Shown here piece by piece: positions 60,689 to 64,000 of a stretch of 64,000 nt of DNA. A model generated the notes under the pieces. It was not told the origin of the DNA and did not search any database. It saw nothing but the letters and a program-made list of their open reading frames with translations. Source of the DNA: Paraphysomonas bandaiensis (lineage: Eukaryota > Protista > Chrysophyceae). The stretch is from the NCBI GenBank assembly GCA_965644295.1, contig CBFFRP010000150.1, forward strand, positions 1 to 64,000. Reading direction: 5' to 3'. Every line of letters starts with the position of its first letter. Position 1 is the stretch's first letter. The translations under genes were made by a program, and so were the position numbers.

Positions 60689-60888
60689 ATATGACAGGTA
60701 GGGACGTACTACAACTAGATTGAGATCGCATTCAATTCTGTAGTAGCTCGTAGTGATATTCTTCCGTATCATACACAATACACAAATTACTTAACTAAAC
60801 TCACTTCCTCTACAAAATCAACTTCATAAAACTTTTACATACATATCAATACTTCAATACTTCAATTCTTTCAATCACCCTTCAAGAT

Positions 60889-62229
60889 ATGCATATATTA
60901 TCACTTCTACTACTCTATGGATCACTCACACTCTCTACAGCATTTCTCATATCTAACTTAACAACCTCAATTGAATTATATTTATATGCATGGCCATTAG
61001 TCATGACATCATTAACACGTACATCAATGTTTTATTTACCTGATAATATCATGTTAGCTGCCCCTGTATTCCCTAATCCTAATCTTACAGCTATAGTAAA
61101 ACCTAATGTAGATACTTTATATGATGCATGTTGGATTAATCATAATAAAGTGAATGATTTAACATTAACAATACCTGATACATCAGATGGTTTATATTTC
61201 TTATTCCCTTTAATGGATGCATGGACAAATATTATTGATTCACCTGGATGGAGGACAACAGGGACAAGTCATACATCTGTGCTTATACGTGGACCACAAT
61301 CAACTTCATCACCTGATAATGATACATATGATCTTATACTTAATTCTACAACTAGTATGATGTATCTTTTAGGTCGAACTAATGTAGCAGATCAAAATGA
61401 TTTACGTCCAACACAAAAACAACTCTTTTCTTATGATTTATCAAAGAATTCAGATGGATTGAAAGAGCCTCCGAAGAAAGTACTTGACAAGTCAAATCCT
61501 GTTGAGGAAATCTTTTCTATGACCCCACAAGAGTTCTATGACACTTTTGCTGAGCTTATGGTGACCAATAAACCAATAATGCCACAGGATGAGGAGATTG
61601 TATCTAAAATGGAGAAGGAGTTTGGACTTATCCCTGGAGAGCCCTGGGCATACGCCGATCTCTCAGCTTCTCAGCAGGAAGAACTGGCGGCTGGAATGAC
61701 TAAGGGTATTGACATGATGTATTCATATCCTGTGACGCGAGTCAACGGTTGGACTATACCAGACATGAACACCGGAGCTTACTCCACAGATTACTATTTG
61801 CGTGCCTATATTGGGCTCGTACTGTATGCTGCCAGTCTTCCACAGGACACTGTTTACTATGAATCTGGTATGTACTCCGGCGGAGGCAAGGTCTATGAGA
61901 TGGAGTTTACTCCCGAGGCTGGCGGAACGCCTCCAACGAACCAGTTCTGGTCGTTGACTATGTACACTGATCTCGGGTATCTTGTTCCAAACGAGAATAA
62001 CACGTATTCCGTGTCGTCACAACAACCCCTTGTATACAGACCAGACGGATCTCTACACATCACAATGTCGATGACTCCACCTGCTGATATGAGTACAACC
62101 AACTGGCTTCCAGCCCCGCAAAGTGGGGATGATTTCCAGCTTACGTTGCGGGTCTTTTGGCCGGGTGATGAAATTCTCCAAAAGTCTTGGTTCCCGCCAC
62201 CTGTTACAGAAGTGAATACTCAGACCTAA
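60889..62229 (+). CDS. Secreted DUF1254/DUF1214 domain protein, intronless
   Basis: Signal peptide; LYLYAWPLV, VKPNVDTLYDACW, LMDAWTN, YSTDYYLRA, FWSLTMY, DGSLHITM, NWLPAP, LTLRVFWP. Confidence 0.88.
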   Translation: MHILSLLLLYGSLTLSTAFLISNLTTSIELYLYAWPLVMTSLTRTSMFYLPDNIMLAAPVFPNPNLTAIVKPNVDTLYDACWINHNKVNDLTLTIPDTSDGLYFLFPLMDAWTNIIDSPGWRTTGTSHTSVLIRGPQSTSSPDNDTYDLILNSTTSMMYLLGRTNVADQNDLRPTQKQLFSYDLSKNSDGLKEPPKKVLDKSNPVEEIFSMTPQEFYDTFAELMVTNKPIMPQDEEIVSKMEKEFGLIPGEPWAYADLSASQQEELAAGMTKGIDMMYSYPVTRVNGWTIPDMNTGAYSTDYYLRAYIGLVLYAASLPQDTVYYESGMYSGGGKVYEMEFTPEAGGTPPTNQFWSLTMYTDLGYLVPNENNTYSVSSQQPLVYRPDGSLHITMSMTPPADMSTTNWLPAPQSGDDFQLTLRVFWPGDEILQKSWFPPPVTEVNTQT

Positions 62230-62634
62230 ACATAACCCAGAAAGCAGGGCAAATGTTAAGGGTTTCCTGTCACATCTAATCGTTTGACACTGATGGAACA
62301 TATATCCTTGCCTTTTCTTGAAATTTACCAAAACAGGCGATCTATATCACGTATCATATTATTGGCGTGCATATGGTTGGAAATATTGAACGTTAAAATG
62401 CAGCGAGATTATGATATGTAATGTGATTAATGATAATTATAAGAATTAATTTGTTAAAACGATGAAAACTATGTATGTGTTGTAATAATTTTCAAGGATT
62501 ACTTAGGAAATTTGCACTTATGGAGTAGGTAAAACTATGAACGCCGAATCTCATGTATTTCTCATCACAATTATAGTAAGCAGAAACATACATTGTAACA
62601 TTTACAGGTTTGATCAAAAAGACACACACAGTGT

Positions 62635-64000
62635 TTACTTCTCATAATATATCGACAGCATACGACTTCGATGGAATCGTTGATATTGAAAAGTGGTCGA
62701 AAAACAGATCACCTGTGTACCCATAAGGCATAATATTAGTGCAATTAACTCCGCACCTGTCGCACTCGCCACCCAGGTCGCTGCTGTCGATCCCATAGGA
62801 TTGTATGATAGCTCCACTGCTTGAACACTTGTTGACTTGGAGAGACCCTTAACATACAATCAGTCATATACGCGTAAATTGTTTTCAAACATACTTGAGA
62901 TAGCGTCCTGGCATTGCTATCCTCGATTCCAGTATTTTTCAGCTCGAGTACTCTAAAATTAAGTCATAAATTCAAATTTGTTACACAAATTCAAATCCAA
63001 CGAACCGTATGTTGTTCAATTGGAGTAACTCCGCAATACACACACAAGCGTCCGGAGTAGTCATCAAAGCTATGTTGTTACTAAGAAATACATCCGTAAC
63101 ATATGTATTGTCTCGGAGGGTATGGGCGACCATTAGTGTAGAGAAAGGACTGCAACGATTCGTAAATGGAAAAATGAAATAGTGCAAATTACGATACCTG
63201 AGTTCACAGCCCTCTGCACGTAAGGCATACAAAATGTGACCTCGGCATGACACCGTCTTGAATGCCATAAGTGCAGCCAATTTTACTCGCATTCGCGCAA
63301 TGCGTTGCGAAAGGTTGACTCCTGATGATTCCTTCTCATCAAAACTATGGTCAGCGTCCCTGCTGATCGTCACTCGTTAAGTAGTCGCAAAGAAAGCAGA
63401 CGTCTTACCTATCATTCAGTTCTGTGGTACCATTAAAACCCATACGAAATTCAGCTGCAGTCTAGTTAAGTCGCACAATTCGACAGCAACATATCCTACC
63501 ATCTCCAACAGATCTCTGCTCTTCTGAGTCATTAGATTTCTCCTCCTGATACCCGTTTATACTTTCATCTCTGCTATGAGATGGCAGAGTAATATCGTCC
63601 TGCTGACTCTGCATATCAGAGCTTGACTCTGAGGTCTTTTCTAGGGGGGAGTTGTTCTCCGCCAGACGAAGGTTATACACAGAAATAATTCGCGGGATCA
63701 GACCCTACGTCAATGAAACATGCTGTTATGACAGGAATAACGAAGGTACAGTGCCAACCTCGGGATCGGGTGGAATCGGAAGTGTATGAAAGGCATTGCG
63801 GTAAGGATTCAGTATTCCCCGTAAGAAAAAATACAAGCCAATGTCCTGGCATATTTGTTACAAGCCATAGCCGTAGATACAATTCACTTACTCCTATTGG
63901 GTTGTAAGAAAATGAACAAGATGAGAGCAGAGGGCAGCTCTTAAATACTAACGACAGTTCCACCATTCCAATGGCATCAATGGCGTTTCTACATAGGACT
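62635..64000 (-). CDS. Leucine-rich repeat (RNI/NLRC3-like) protein, 3' part only
   Basis: Exon fragments LSSCSFSYNPIG, VTDVFLSNN, LELKNTGIEDS and VQAVELSYNPMG; the gene continues beyond the window. Confidence 0.6.

Noticed and set aside
10852-60778. ORFs of MYVC/YIHT repeats at 10.9, 17.7-18.4 and 60.3-60.8 kb
   Set aside because: They are translation artefacts of stop-free tetranucleotide microsatellites.

Overview
A eukaryotic, intron-rich and gene-dense window. It is probably from a stramenopile, possibly a chrysophyte; this is inferred from the gene repertoire and is not proven. I count 17 host genes in almost strictly alternating orientation: an OST3/6-like gene, NMD3, phenylalanine hydroxylase, a cNMP-binding kinase, a 40-aa helical-repeat protein, a cyclin, a GPCR kinase, an ADCY10-like cyclase, an FkbM-like protein, MCCC2, a GNAT, a BK-type K+ channel, a GH5 exo-glucanase, a coiled-coil/ankyrin/WW protein, a two-pore K+ channel, a DUF1254/DUF1214 protein and a partial LRR gene. 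Mobile DNA comprises a very young Ty1/Copia LTR element (identical 293-bp LTRs ending TG...TA, TSD CTTCT), an internally deleted pogo-like transposon, two related hAT derivatives and several MITE-like relics. The most notable signals are: (1) a recurring head-to-head promoter architecture of (TACA)n arrays, 10-bp phased A/T tracts and AT-rich 5' coding ends; (2) a cyclic-nucleotide/GPCR signalling neighbourhood in which both the GRK and the soluble-type cyclase end in CaaX boxes and a single-chain kinase carries PKA-R-like cAMP cassettes; (3) a PAH with a mitochondrial-type presequence; and (4) non-canonical features of the Copia element. Exon boundaries were read by eye and are approximate.
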